Source of the DNA: Candidatus Oxydemutatoraceae bacterium | GTDB lineage: Bacteria > Pseudomonadota > Gammaproteobacteria > Poriferisulfidales > Oxydemutatoraceae | Length of the DNA: 64,000 bases | Assembly (NCBI GenBank): GCA_965218975.1 | Contig: OZ244717.1 | Location: forward strand, 234,205-298,204 | Reading direction: 5' to 3' | Shown here: piece after piece, positions 9,009-18,500 of the stretch | Layout: every line of letters begins with the position of its first letter | Position numbering within the stretch: position 1 is the stretch's first letter | Notes under the pieces: generated by a model | Seen by the model: the letters and a program-made list of their open reading frames with translations, nothing else | What the model was told of the DNA's origin: nothing | Database searches by the model: none | Translations under genes and position numbers: made by a program

Positions 9009-9575
9009 ATGAGAGTTATTTTGCTGGCCATGGTCATGATGATAGTGATCTTTGTTCTCTCTGCGTGTTACATCACACCTTACATCACACCGGACTGGCC
9101 CCGGTTGAAGGAATTTTCTGAACATCAGGTAAGGTGGAAATCATACGAGACCACGCGCTACCGGATGCGACTTGAGCGAAACTGTTTTTGCGGTGAAGAT
9201 TATCTACGGCCACTCATTGTTGAAGTTCAGGTGGGGAAGACGATGGAGTTGCCTGTATACGGCAGTAAAGAATTTTTACAGCCTCGTACAACTGTAGTCC
9301 GAATCGAAGATGTAGAGTCGGCCGTATACGAGGATGATGGAAAGCCAGTCCCTTTGGACGAGCTCCAAAGGATTGCATCAATCGATTCCCTGTTCCATAG
9401 GATATACATTGCAAGTTTACGGAATCCAAGCCTTACTCAGCGCATCATGGATGACCTGGTACAGGTTGATTACAATGCCGAGTACGGCTACCCAGAGTTT
9501 GTGGTATTTGATTCAGATGCGATGACTGATGCTTACATTAGCTACGATGTTGAACTTTTGGATATAATCCGTTGA
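9009..9575 (+). CDS. Hypothetical lipoprotein; passenger ORF 3.
   Basis: MRVILLAMVMMIVIFVLSAC has the LSAC lipobox. An SD-like GGGGGTAAG lies 8-10 nt upstream. The ORF is 188 aa with no recognisable family. Confidence 0.5.
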   Translation: MRVILLAMVMMIVIFVLSACYITPYITPDWPRLKEFSEHQVRWKSYETTRYRMRLERNCFCGEDYLRPLIVEVQVGKTMELPVYGSKEFLQPRTTVVRIEDVESAVYEDDGKPVPLDELQRIASIDSLFHRIYIASLRNPSLTQRIMDDLVQVDYNAEYGYPEFVVFDSDAMTDAYISYDVELLDIIR

Positions 9576-9702
9576 ATAAGTATGGCTATAGGTAAATACT
9601 TGAGCCTCGAAGAAGCTCGCAAAAAGAATTTGCTGGATCGTTTTGCCAAGGAACATCCATCCGTAGCGGACGGGCGTTTCTGGCCTTTGCTTAATTCTAT
9701 AA

Positions 9703-10560
9703 TTAAAGGGAAGCAATCAAGTCAGGAAACATCTGTTCAGGCTTGTCCCGATAGTTGTAGCGAAACTCAAACTCCTTCAGATACTTCCGAAGATGCTTCT
9801 TAGACACATGGATATGTGTACCACGAATGCTCAACTTAAGGCGTGCCCAAAAACCTTCAATGCTATTGACATGAGAGCCACCGCTTACCCATTTGCCAGC
9901 ACCATGATTGACCCTCTTATGCTCAAACCCTTCTTTGTCCAGCCCGGAGTAAGAACGAAGCTCATCCGTATGGACTGTGCTTCCCTGCTCAACATTTTCC
10001 TTAATGATCGACTGCAAAGTGCGCTTTTTGACGTTCGGAACAATTTTGGTCATTACATCCCCATCCCTGTCCAACATGCCAAAGGCTATAGCCTTGTTCG
10101 GAGCACCGCGACCGCGCTTTCCGCCAGAAGTCTTACCGCCAATATAGGTTTCGTCAGCTTCAACATGCCCGTCAAGAGGGTTTTCACCGTCCGTATCAGA
10201 CATGTGCTCACGTATCTTGTGAGCCATTCTCAAAGCAGTTGGATAGGCAACTCCAAGCTGGCGTTGCAGTTCCAAGGCGGGCACTCCGTGTCTTGTGGTG
10301 GTGAACAAGTAAATAGCATAGAACCACTTCTGCAAGGGGGTATGGGAGTTTTCAAAGATCGTTCCTACCATCGGATGAATTTGATGTCCGCACCAAGCAC
10401 ACCCATAAGCAGTGTCACGTTTGACTCTGTGAAACTTCCCGTGCTTCCCGCACTTGGGGCAGTCCATAGTCTCCCCATGCTGCTTGTGCATCAGGAACTC
10501 AAGACAGGCTTCATCATCCGGGAACTGTTTCATAAACTCTTGAATTGTTGTGGGTTTCAT
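9703..10560 (-). CDS. IS1595-family DDE transposase with an N-terminal zinc ribbon.
   Basis: CPKCGKHGKFHRVKRDTAYGCAWCGHQ zinc ribbon. Blocks DGHVEADETYIGG, VHTDELRSYSGL, HKRVNH, NSIEGFWARLK and FRYNYR are typical of the ISXO2/IS1595 group. RBS AGGAGatacaccATG. Confidence 0.85.
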   Translation of the reverse strand: MKPTTIQEFMKQFPDDEACLEFLMHKQHGETMDCPKCGKHGKFHRVKRDTAYGCAWCGHQIHPMVGTIFENSHTPLQKWFYAIYLFTTTRHGVPALELQRQLGVAYPTALRMAHKIREHMSDTDGENPLDGHVEADETYIGGKTSGGKRGRGAPNKAIAFGMLDRDGDVMTKIVPNVKKRTLQSIIKENVEQGSTVHTDELRSYSGLDKEGFEHKRVNHGAGKWVSGGSHVNSIEGFWARLKLSIRGTHIHVSKKHLRKYLKEFEFRYNYRDKPEQMFPDLIASL

Positions 10561-10626
10561 GGTGTATCTCCTATCGTTGAAGAAATATTACCATGAATAC
10601 TTACTTGTGTCAACTATATAATCACG

Positions 10627-10830
10627 AAACCATTTTGTGTTTGCTGCCGGATTGTCGGCGGATTGTGCCGGATTGTCGGCAAAGTGCCTGTCACCCATGA
10701 CGAGACTTGGTTCTGTCAATAAACCCCAGCCTCGACGTCCTTGTCAGGTCGTTCGCCGCTGAAAAGCAATTGCTTTTCCGGGCGCGGCTCACCCTGCAAG
10801 AATCCCATTTAAGGTGGCATCGTACAAAGT
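10627..10830 (+). repeat. One REP-like palindromic unit followed directly by the IS481-family 3' inverted repeat (AATCCCATTTAAGGTGGCATCGTACA). This is the distal part of the IS481 remnant split by the IS1595 insertion.
   Basis: The sequence continues the 8243-8250 junction. It carries the tail TTGTGTTTGCTGCCGGATTGTCGGCGGATTGTGCCGGATTGTCGGCAAAGTGCCTGTC, then a unit with the GAAAAGCAATTGCTTTTC hairpin, then the inverted repeat. Confidence 0.75.
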
Positions 10831-11031
10831 GTAGAGTTTCTCAATCAGTCATTGTACAATGCAAGGTTTATATTCGTGGTCGTACCACGAATAGAACATA
10901 AAGCACAAGTCCCTATGTTATTATTTCGTTCGTAATGAAGATTGCTGTTTTAGCATATAAATTATTGCTTATACATAACTTCGGCATTACATGATGCCTC
11001 TTTATAAGTACACTGATGCCCGTTTTTTAGG

Positions 11032-13968
11032 ATGACGCCTCCATTAAAGTCCTCCCGTGCTTTTAGCGAGTCTGCAAACGAGGGTAAATCGCTGCCCGAG
11101 TTTGAGAATCACGCACGGCAGGTAACTAAATACACGACCTGTTATATGTGTGCGTGTCGTTGCGGAATTAAAGTAACGATTGAAAATAATAAGGTGCGCT
11201 TTATACAAGGCAATCGCAGACACCCCGTTAATCAAGGCGTTTTATGTGCTAAAGGCAATGCCGGGATTATGAAGCAGGAGTCACCGGCGAAACTGCGCAC
11301 ACCGCTGCGCCGCAAGCCCGGCAGTGAACGCGGCACAAGCGAGTTTGAACCGATTTCTTGGGATGAGGCATTAGATTTACTCACTAAACGTTTACAGAAA
11401 ATCCGCGAAACCGATCCTAAAAAACTGGCATTTTTTACCGGACGCGATCAAATGCAAGCCTATACCGGACTGTGGGCACAGCAATTCGGTACGATTAACT
11501 GGGCGACACACGGCGGTTTTTGTTCGGTCAACATGGCCGCCGCAGGTCTATATACCATGGGGTATTCGTTTTGGGAGTTTGGTGACCCAGACTGGGATAG
11601 AACCAAATACTTTATGTTGTGGGGGGTGTCCGAAGATCATTCGTCCAACCCAATAAAAATTGGGTTGGAAAAACTCAAACGCTCGGGTGCAAAGTTTGTC
11701 GCAATTAATCCGGTACGTACCGGATATCAAGCGATTGCCGACGAATGGATTCCGATTAAACCCGGTAGCGATGCAATGCTTGCGTTATCTATGGTGCATG
11801 TCCTGCTAAAACATGAGTTGTTTGACTGGGAATTTTTGATTCGCTATACCAACGCGCCGAATCTGGTCTATTGTACTCCCGGAGAGAAAACCGACGGATT
11901 GTTTTATCGCAATGACAACGGTGAGGTGTTGGTTCATGACCAAGGCTCGGGGGAATTTCGTAGCGCGATGCAAAGCGGTATTCAGCCCGCTTTGCTTGGG
12001 GAATTTCAGACAGTTGAAGGAGATACTGTCAAGACCGCATTTACATTGCTTGCCGAGCGATATTTAGACCAACAGTATGCACCGGAAAATGCGGCGCGCG
12101 TGTGCGGGGTTGCGGCGGAAGACATTACGCGCTTGGCTTTGGAGATGGCGCATGTCGCATTCAAGGAGACAATTGAGATTAATTGTCAGTGGACGGACTG
12201 GACCGGTCGCCGCCACGACAAGTTTATCGGACGACCGGTATCAATGCATGCGATGCGTGGTATTTCAGCGCATTCCAACGGATTTCAGACATGCCGAGCG
12301 TTGCATTTTTTACAGATTTTACTAGGTACGATTGATTGCCCTGGCGGATACCGTGCCAAAGCACCCTATCCGAAGCACATTCCGCCGCCCATTAAGCCTG
12401 CCGTCAATACCGTCGCGCAGACACCGCTAAACTCGCCGCCATTGGGTTTCCCTACCTGCCCCGAGGATTTGGTTGTGGATGATGACGGTCGTCCCCGGCG
12501 AATTGACAAAGCCTATTCTTGGGAGGCGCCGCTGGCGATTCATGGGTTATTGCATATGGTAATTACCAACGCGGTCAATGGTGACCCATATCCGATTGAC
12601 ACCTTGATTTTGTTTATGGCAAACATGGCGTGGAACTCTTCCATGAACACAATGCAAGTGCGTGAAATGCTATCCGCCAAAGACGAACATGGCAACTATA
12701 AATTGCCATTTCTAGTAGTGGTTGATGCATTTTATTCCGAGACGGTTGCGTATGCCGATTTAGTGTTACCGGATACCACGTACCTCGAACGCTTTGACAC
12801 TATCTCTATTTTAGACCGTCCGATTGCCGAGCCTGATGCGGTCTGCGACGCAATCCGTGCTCCGGTGTTGGATGTCGACCGCGATGTTTGCGCATGGCAG
12901 GAAGTAATGACTGAGTTGGCGAGCCGTTTGCAATTTCCCGCTTTCACTAACGAGGATGGTAGTCGCAAATATAAAGATTATAAAGATTTCATTGTTCGCT
13001 TTGAAAAAGCGCCGGGGCTTGGTTTCCTTGCCGGCTGGCGGGGGGAAAACGGCGAATCGCATATCCGCGGTGCGCCCAACCCTAAGCAATGGGAGCGTTA
13101 CATTGAAAACGAATGCTTCTTTCACTTTCCTTTGCCGGAAAATCAAAGATTTTATCGTTTCGCCAATAAAGATTACCTTGCCTTTGCCAAGGAAGCAGGA
13201 TTCAATACTTGTGATGATCCGATCTTACTGTCGCTGTACTCGGAAGAGTTGCAGAAGTTCAGATTAGCGGCAGCGGGTTTGACCGACGGTCCTCAACCGA
13301 ATAACGATCAAGATCGCAAACGTATTCAAACTTTTTTTGACCCCTTGCCTTTTTATTATCAGCCCCTGGAACAAGTGCGCACAAATTTAGGGGAGTTTCC
13401 TTTTTTTGCACTGACTCAACGTCCGATGATGATGTATCACTCATGGGATTCACAAAATGCTTGGTTGCGGCAGATTCTGGCGCAAAACATGTTGTTCATG
13501 AATCGTGGGCGAGCACAAGCGCTTGGTATTGAAGATCTGTCGTGGGTTTGGATTGAATCGCGACAGGCGCGAGTATGTGCGCAAGTCAAGTTAATGGAAG
13601 GAGTGCAACGCGATACGGTATGGACTTGGAATGCTATTGGCAAACAACGCGGTGCTTGGGGGTTGGAACCGGATGCCAACGAATCAAACAGCGGCTTTTT
13701 GCTAAATCATCTGATCTCAGAATTACTGCCGCAAACTGACGGTGACCGTCCGATTACGAACTCCGACCCAATTACCGGACAAGCGGCATGGTACGATTTG
13801 CGCGTTAAAATTTACCCTGCCGATAAACCCGGCACAGCGCCGGTATTTAGTAGCATACCTCCGCTAGCAGGACAAGCGGCACAAGAATCAACCTTGCGTT
13901 ACCAAACGCATCCTGCGGTTAATTTGCGCCGCTCATTTCGGGACATTTTAAGTCGCGGGTGGAAATAA
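11032..13968 (+). CDS. soeA: Molybdopterin (bis-MGD) oxidoreductase catalytic subunit without a Tat signal: sulfite dehydrogenase SoeA-type.
   Basis: N-terminal 4Fe-4S motif CYMCACRCGIKV...CAKG. The 978-aa size fits. There is no RRxFL Tat motif at the N-terminus. It is followed by a 4x[4Fe-4S] subunit and an NrfD/DmsC-type anchor, and sits in a genome with reverse dsr. This is the architecture of cytoplasmic SoeABC from purple sulfur bacteria (established knowledge). Confidence 0.7.
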   Translation: MTPPLKSSRAFSESANEGKSLPEFENHARQVTKYTTCYMCACRCGIKVTIENNKVRFIQGNRRHPVNQGVLCAKGNAGIMKQESPAKLRTPLRRKPGSERGTSEFEPISWDEALDLLTKRLQKIRETDPKKLAFFTGRDQMQAYTGLWAQQFGTINWATHGGFCSVNMAAAGLYTMGYSFWEFGDPDWDRTKYFMLWGVSEDHSSNPIKIGLEKLKRSGAKFVAINPVRTGYQAIADEWIPIKPGSDAMLALSMVHVLLKHELFDWEFLIRYTNAPNLVYCTPGEKTDGLFYRNDNGEVLVHDQGSGEFRSAMQSGIQPALLGEFQTVEGDTVKTAFTLLAERYLDQQYAPENAARVCGVAAEDITRLALEMAHVAFKETIEINCQWTDWTGRRHDKFIGRPVSMHAMRGISAHSNGFQTCRALHFLQILLGTIDCPGGYRAKAPYPKHIPPPIKPAVNTVAQTPLNSPPLGFPTCPEDLVVDDDGRPRRIDKAYSWEAPLAIHGLLHMVITNAVNGDPYPIDTLILFMANMAWNSSMNTMQVREMLSAKDEHGNYKLPFLVVVDAFYSETVAYADLVLPDTTYLERFDTISILDRPIAEPDAVCDAIRAPVLDVDRDVCAWQEVMTELASRLQFPAFTNEDGSRKYKDYKDFIVRFEKAPGLGFLAGWRGENGESHIRGAPNPKQWERYIENECFFHFPLPENQRFYRFANKDYLAFAKEAGFNTCDDPILLSLYSEELQKFRLAAAGLTDGPQPNNDQDRKRIQTFFDPLPFYYQPLEQVRTNLGEFPFFALTQRPMMMYHSWDSQNAWLRQILAQNMLFMNRGRAQALGIEDLSWVWIESRQARVCAQVKLMEGVQRDTVWTWNAIGKQRGAWGLEPDANESNSGFLLNHLISELLPQTDGDRPITNSDPITGQAAWYDLRVKIYPADKPGTAPVFSSIPPLAGQAAQESTLRYQTHPAVNLRRSFRDILSRGWK

Positions 13969-14663
13969 TGCGTTTAGGACTTGCTATTGATTTAGACACT
14001 TGCGTCGGTTGTAACGCCTGCGCAGTCGCATGCAAACAGTGGAATACTTCGGGAACGACGGGGCCTTTGTCCGATTATCGTCCGTTTGGTAAAGACCCTA
14101 GTGGCGTATGGTTTAACCGCATCCGCAACTATGAAGTCGACGATTATCCGCACAGCAAGACGGTGCACTTCCCGATGTCGTGTATGCACTGCGAAGATGC
14201 CGATTGCGTCACCGTGTGCCCGACGGGCGCCTCATATAAACGTCCTGAAGATGGAATCGTGCTGGTCGATCAAGATAAGTGTATAGGGTGTAACTATTGC
14301 GCATGGGCGTGTCCGTACGGCGCACGTGAACTAGACGAAGTGGACGGGGTGATGAAGAAATGCACGTTGTGTATCGATCGAATTTACGATACGGAACTGC
14401 CTGAGGAGGATCGCCAACCTGCATGTGTGTTGACTTGTCCGACCCACGCACGTTTCTTTGGCGACTACGATGATCCGGATTCGGAAGTGTCGCGTTTGGC
14501 GCGAATGCGCGGAGGCAAACAACTAATGCCGGAGCTTGGTTACAACCCGACGAACCTATATTTCCCACCGCGCAACCAAGTAAACACTCCGATGCATGAT
14601 GCACAACCCAAAAGTTTGATGGATAAAGTCAAAGATTGGGTTAATCGACCTATTACTCGTTAG
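13959..14663 (+). CDS. soeB: 4Fe-4S ferredoxin-type electron-transfer subunit (SoeB / DmsB-like).
   Basis: Four Cys clusters: CVGCNACAVAC, CMHCEDADCVTVCP, CIGCNYCAWACP and CTLCIDRI...CVLTCP. The ORF-track start at 13959 is a GTG. An ATG at 13968 overlaps the soeA stop (TAATG). Confidence 0.75.
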   Translation: MEIMRLGLAIDLDTCVGCNACAVACKQWNTSGTTGPLSDYRPFGKDPSGVWFNRIRNYEVDDYPHSKTVHFPMSCMHCEDADCVTVCPTGASYKRPEDGIVLVDQDKCIGCNYCAWACPYGARELDEVDGVMKKCTLCIDRIYDTELPEEDRQPACVLTCPTHARFFGDYDDPDSEVSRLARMRGGKQLMPELGYNPTNLYFPPRNQVNTPMHDAQPKSLMDKVKDWVNRPITR

Positions 14664-14679
14664 ACCCATTTATAGACTC

Positions 14680-15609
14680 ATGCGTCCGGCGCTTTCGGTT
14701 ATTTTCTTCACGGTTATCTCGGGTGCGGGCTATGGCTTATTTATGCTTCTTGCCATTGTCGGGTTGTTTGATCAGTTTCTACCGGCACGTGTGGGTGTTC
14801 CGGCTAGTATTTTAGGATTGATTCTGGTTACACTTGGGTTATTTTCATCAATGTTACACCTCGCAAATCCGAAAAATGCTTGGCGCTCCTTTAGTCGATT
14901 CCGTACCTCATGGCTATCACGTGAAGGTGTATTTGCCATCCTATTTTATTTCCCCGCATTATTGTATTTAACGGGATGGTGGTTTTCCGGTTATCGTGGA
15001 AGTGGTTGGATGATCTTATCGTTGATCGTTTTTCTACTCGCAGCCATAGTCGTTTTCAGCACGGGGATGATTTATGCTTGCTTGAAAACCATCCGGCAAT
15101 GGAACACAGCATTGGTTCCGACTAATTATCTAGTGTTGGCGCTCATGTCGGGCGCGTTACTATTATTGTTCTTACAAACTCAACTGATGAATATACCGCT
15201 TGAGCCGTTGCGTTTGACAGTGTTGGCTATGCTTGCATTGGCATTAACAATGAAATGGATTTATTTTAGTTGGGCCGACCAACATGCGGGCTCGACTATC
15301 AATACCGCCACCGGTTTTACCCAAGCGCAAGTACGCTTGCTTGATGTCGGACATACCGGCGGCACTTTTCTTACTTCCGAGTTTGACTACCGGACTACGT
15401 TGACAAGGCCACTGAAATGGGCTTCGATGTTGTTTGCTTTTATCGCGCCTTTTATTTTGATCATAACCATTCCGTCGGTTGAATATCCCAATCTTGCTTG
15501 TTTTGCCGCGGTGGTATCGGCAGGGATCGGATTGTTCATTGAACGATGGCTGTTTTTTAGCCAAGCTCGCCATGTAGTCAATTTGTATCATGGCGCCAGT
15601 AGCGTTTGA
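14680..15609 (+). CDS. soeC: Integral membrane anchor subunit (DmsC/NrfD-like), SoeC.
   Basis: 309 aa with about 8 predicted transmembrane helices, immediately downstream of soeAB. Confidence 0.7.
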   Translation: MRPALSVIFFTVISGAGYGLFMLLAIVGLFDQFLPARVGVPASILGLILVTLGLFSSMLHLANPKNAWRSFSRFRTSWLSREGVFAILFYFPALLYLTGWWFSGYRGSGWMILSLIVFLLAAIVVFSTGMIYACLKTIRQWNTALVPTNYLVLALMSGALLLLFLQTQLMNIPLEPLRLTVLAMLALALTMKWIYFSWADQHAGSTINTATGFTQAQVRLLDVGHTGGTFLTSEFDYRTTLTRPLKWASMLFAFIAPFILIITIPSVEYPNLACFAAVVSAGIGLFIERWLFFSQARHVVNLYHGASSV

Positions 15610-15854
15610 TTTGTGTGATGCCTTATTTCATCTATCAAATTGATCGCACTCAAGATACTCCGGCCTTAACTTATTTGAAAACATTCGATAAATTTCGCGA
15701 TGCTAAAGCATATGCGCGACTACACCGCGCCGAGATGACACCGGAGGCGGCAGACCAACAGATAAAGATAATTTTTACTACCGATGCCCATGAAGCCGAA
15801 ACCCTTTTAACCGAACACCGTGAGGCGCCCATTTTGAAAGAGTGGGAGAAATAA
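15606..15854 (+). CDS. Small hypothetical protein. The ORF-track start is a TTG overlapping the soeC stop; the first ATG is at 15618.
   Basis: 82-aa ORF overlapping the soeC stop. No recognisable family. Confidence 0.3.
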   Translation: MICVMPYFIYQIDRTQDTPALTYLKTFDKFRDAKAYARLHRAEMTPEAADQQIKIIFTTDAHEAETLLTEHREAPILKEWEK

Positions 15855-15945
15855 TTGCTCTTAATCGTATCCGGTTTTGTTGCTGTACATCTATAAGCTT
15901 TAAGTTTCGCTGTTGCGTTTTTGCTTCGACGGCTAAATAAAAAAG

Positions 15946-16262
15946 ATGAATACTTTTGTATATCTTCTTAATGCGGCTTCCAATCCATGTGTCCGCTCAA
16001 GGCGTGGTTTCGTCTGTGGAATGCGATTCTTACCCCTTGAGCGTTTCAACCGTACTCTGCAAAAAGACTTTGCGGACCACAATGAGGAACTATTGTTTAC
16101 GAATTCGGATAAATTCAACGAGCGTTTATGGTCATATTCGGAGTGGTACAATATGCGCCGACTGCATGCCGACAACGGACAGAAAGCACCGATCCGAATG
16201 TTACTGCCGGGCGCTTCCCTCAAAGCTCTTTAAAAATCCCATTTAGGGTGGCATCGTACAGC
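15946..16262 (+). pseudogene. IS481-family transposase C-terminal fragment plus the 3' inverted repeat.
   Basis: ERFNRTLQKDFADHNEELLFTNSDKFNERLWSYSEWYNMRRLHADNGQKAPIRMLLPGASLKAL, then AAAATCCCATTTAGGGTGGCATCGTACAG. Confidence 0.7.
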
Positions 16263-16345
16263 TGATGGATTATAATGGATACCGACAAATTGTACTACTT
16301 AGGGCAAAGTTCGTTCGCCAAGGCGCTCCCGGATAACAGTGAGAT

Positions 16346-17440
16346 GTGAATTTATTGATGATTGAAACCATAGAAAAATCTTTAGGACAAATTCAGGACC
16401 CCAATACGCGCAAAGATCTGCGTGCCTCTAAATCCCTCAATAAAGTGCATATTGAAGGTAATAAGGTGATTGTTGATATCGTTCTTGGTTATCCGGCGAA
16501 ATCGTTTATTCCCGTATTAGAAAAACTGATCCGCAACGAGCTGAAGGGAATGACCGATGGCATGGAACCGGAGCTACATGTCCGTAGTGAAATTCAATCG
16601 CATACAGTGCAGAAAAACTTAAAGCCGTTGCATAATATTAAAAATATTATTGCGGTTGCTTCAGGCAAAGGGGGGGTCGGAAAATCAACCACCGCGGTTA
16701 ACCTCGCGTTAGCTTTATCGGTGGAAGGAGCTAATGTCGGAATGTTGGATGCCGATATTTACGGCCCGAGTCAGCCGAGTATGCTTGGTATAAAAGGGCA
16801 AAAGCCCGAATCAAAAGATGGTAAAACTTTAGAACCGATCAAAAGTTACGGATTGCAGTCGATGTCTATCGGATTTTTAGTGGAGGAGGACACACCTATG
16901 ATTTGGCGGGGGCCGATGGTGACACAAGCTCTGGAGCAGTTGCTTGTAGACACTAACTGGCGCGATTTGGATTATTTAGTTGTCGATTTGCCGCCGGGTA
17001 CAGGCGATGTACAACTTACTCTGGCACAAAAAATTCCGGTCAGCGGTGCAGTTATTGTAACAACACCGCAGGATATTGCGCTGTTGGATGCCCGCAAAGG
17101 TATCAAGATGTTTGAGCGTGTCGATGTGCCGATACTGGGCGTTGTGGAAAATATGAGCATTCATATTTGTAGCCAATGTGGCTACGAAGAGCACATTTTC
17201 GGTTCGGGCGGCGGCGAATTAATGGCGCGCGATCACAACATCCGTTTGCTGGGATGTTTACCTTTGGATCGTTCTATCCGCGAGCAAGCAGACGGCGGTA
17301 ATCCGACGGTGATCGCGGATTCGGATAGTCGTTGCGCTAGAATTTATTGCGAAATTGCTTGGCAGACAGCCGCGCAATTGGCGGTGCAGGGTAAAGACTA
17401 TTCGGCGAAGTTTCCTAAAATTGTTATTCAAAATACTTAG
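16346..17440 (+). CDS. apbC: Fe-S cluster carrier ATPase ApbC/Mrp (NBP35 family).
   Basis: P-loop IAVASGKGGVGKSTTAVNLALAL. CxxC motif CSQCGYEEHIFG. The N-terminal DUF59-like region is typical of Mrp. The ORF-track start is a GTG; the first ATG is at 16358. Confidence 0.85.
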   Translation: MNLLMIETIEKSLGQIQDPNTRKDLRASKSLNKVHIEGNKVIVDIVLGYPAKSFIPVLEKLIRNELKGMTDGMEPELHVRSEIQSHTVQKNLKPLHNIKNIIAVASGKGGVGKSTTAVNLALALSVEGANVGMLDADIYGPSQPSMLGIKGQKPESKDGKTLEPIKSYGLQSMSIGFLVEEDTPMIWRGPMVTQALEQLLVDTNWRDLDYLVVDLPPGTGDVQLTLAQKIPVSGAVIVTTPQDIALLDARKGIKMFERVDVPILGVVENMSIHICSQCGYEEHIFGSGGGELMARDHNIRLLGCLPLDRSIREQADGGNPTVIADSDSRCARIYCEIAWQTAAQLAVQGKDYSAKFPKIVIQNT

Positions 17441-17457
17441 ATTCTCATTAAGTTCGA

Positions 17458-18024
17458 ATGTCTGTTAAGCCCGATTCGTGGATCCGTGCTATGGCTCATG
17501 AGTATCGGATGATTGAGCCGTTTGAACCCCAACAGATCAGTCGTGTCGGCGACCGTCGAGTTATTTCGTACGGCATTTCAAGCTATGGCTATGACGTTCG
17601 TTGCAGCGACCGATTCAAAATATTTACGAATATCAACTCAGCGATCGTCGATCCGAAACATTTTGATGAAAATAGTTTTGTCGATCAACAATCGGAAGTT
17701 TGTATTATTCCGCCGAATTCATTCGCGCTTGCCGGAACGGTTGAATATTTTCGCATCCCACGGTCGGTACTAACGATTTGCTTAGGTAAATCAACCTACG
17801 CTCGTTGCGGCATTATTGTAAATGTCACACCGCTTGAACCGGAATGGGAAGGGCATATTACGCTTGAATTCTCTAATACGACACCTTTGCCGGCAAAGAT
17901 TTATGCCAACGAGGGCGTTGCCCAAATTGTTTTTTTTGAGTCCGATGAAGTTTGTCAAACTTCTTACAAAGATCGCGATGGGAAGTATCAGAAACAAGCG
18001 GGTGTAACCTTGCCGAAGGCGTAA
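17458..18024 (+). CDS. dcd: dCTP deaminase.
   Basis: 188 aa. Blocks [79 protein letters not shown] are a near-canonical Dcd signature. Confidence 0.9.
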   Translation: MSVKPDSWIRAMAHEYRMIEPFEPQQISRVGDRRVISYGISSYGYDVRCSDRFKIFTNINSAIVDPKHFDENSFVDQQSEVCIIPPNSFALAGTVEYFRIPRSVLTICLGKSTYARCGIIVNVTPLEPEWEGHITLEFSNTTPLPAKIYANEGVAQIVFFESDEVCQTSYKDRDGKYQKQAGVTLPKA

Positions 18025-18199
18025 ATCCCAGCCGGCGCGATATTCCTTACAGCGGTTCGCTACCGCCTCAGATTGATTCCTAGCGCGAAATAAGTTTACC
18101 GACACTGTACAGTTTTCGGTTTGTTTGGTTTACGGACGACTCATCTGCGGACCCTTTGTCATCAAGCAGTAGCTGACCCATCCCAAGGAGCCGAAAATG

Positions 18200-18440
18200 A
18201 ACGCGCATATCAAACGTTTGACCGAACCGTGCAGGAAGATTGTATCGATCAAGACCTATTATTCACCAATATCAAAGCATTCAATGACCGGTGATGTGAG
18301 TATTAGAGTTGACCGTAATCTGCACCCGTCCGCATGACGGCAACGGACAGAAAGCGCCGATGATCCGAATGTCGTGCCGGACACTTCCTCCGAAGCGCTG
18401 CAAAAATCCCATTTAGAGTGGCATCGTATAGTATTCATGT
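18200..18440. mobile_element. Scrambled IS481-family fragments: a transposase C-terminal piece (...DCIDQDLLFTNIKAFNDR) and a 3' inverted repeat (AAAATCCCATTTAGAGTGGCATCGTATAG).
   Basis: Sequence identity to the other IS481-family ends in this window. Confidence 0.55.
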
Positions 18441-18500
18441 TCCGTTTGTTAAAATTCGGTATAATTATGGGAAGTAGTAGTTGCTATAAGGAGGTCTATT

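Larger units (their letters stand above)
8251..10626 (-). mobile_element. IS1595-family insertion sequence / small transposon of 2376 bp. It carries a transposase and three passenger ORFs, ~37-bp imperfect terminal inverted repeats, and an 8-bp target-site duplication AAACCATT (8243-8250 and 10627-10634).
   Basis: Left end: CGTGATTGTATAGTTGACACAAGTACGAATACATGG (8251-8286). The reverse complement of the right end (10591-10626) is CGTGATTATATAGTTGACACAAGTAAGTATTCATGG. Flanks are ...TGAAACCATT | element | AAACCATTTTGTG. Sequence outside the direct repeat continues an IS481/REP remnant on both sides (TCTTTGAGCTAATGAAACCATT ... TTGTGTTTGCTGCCGGATTGTCGGC). The interior is visibly AT-rich relative to the flanks. 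Confidence 0.8.

Noticed and set aside
11044-13679. Several 60 to 110-aa antisense ORFs inside soeA (for example 11044-11235, 12732-13146, 13259-13679). Analogous antisense ORFs lie inside sspC (48844-52188) and the SMC-like and helicase genes (53735-57714).
   Set aside because: They are embedded in large, well-supported genes on the opposite strand and have biased, low-complexity translations. They are typical GC-rich antisense artefacts.
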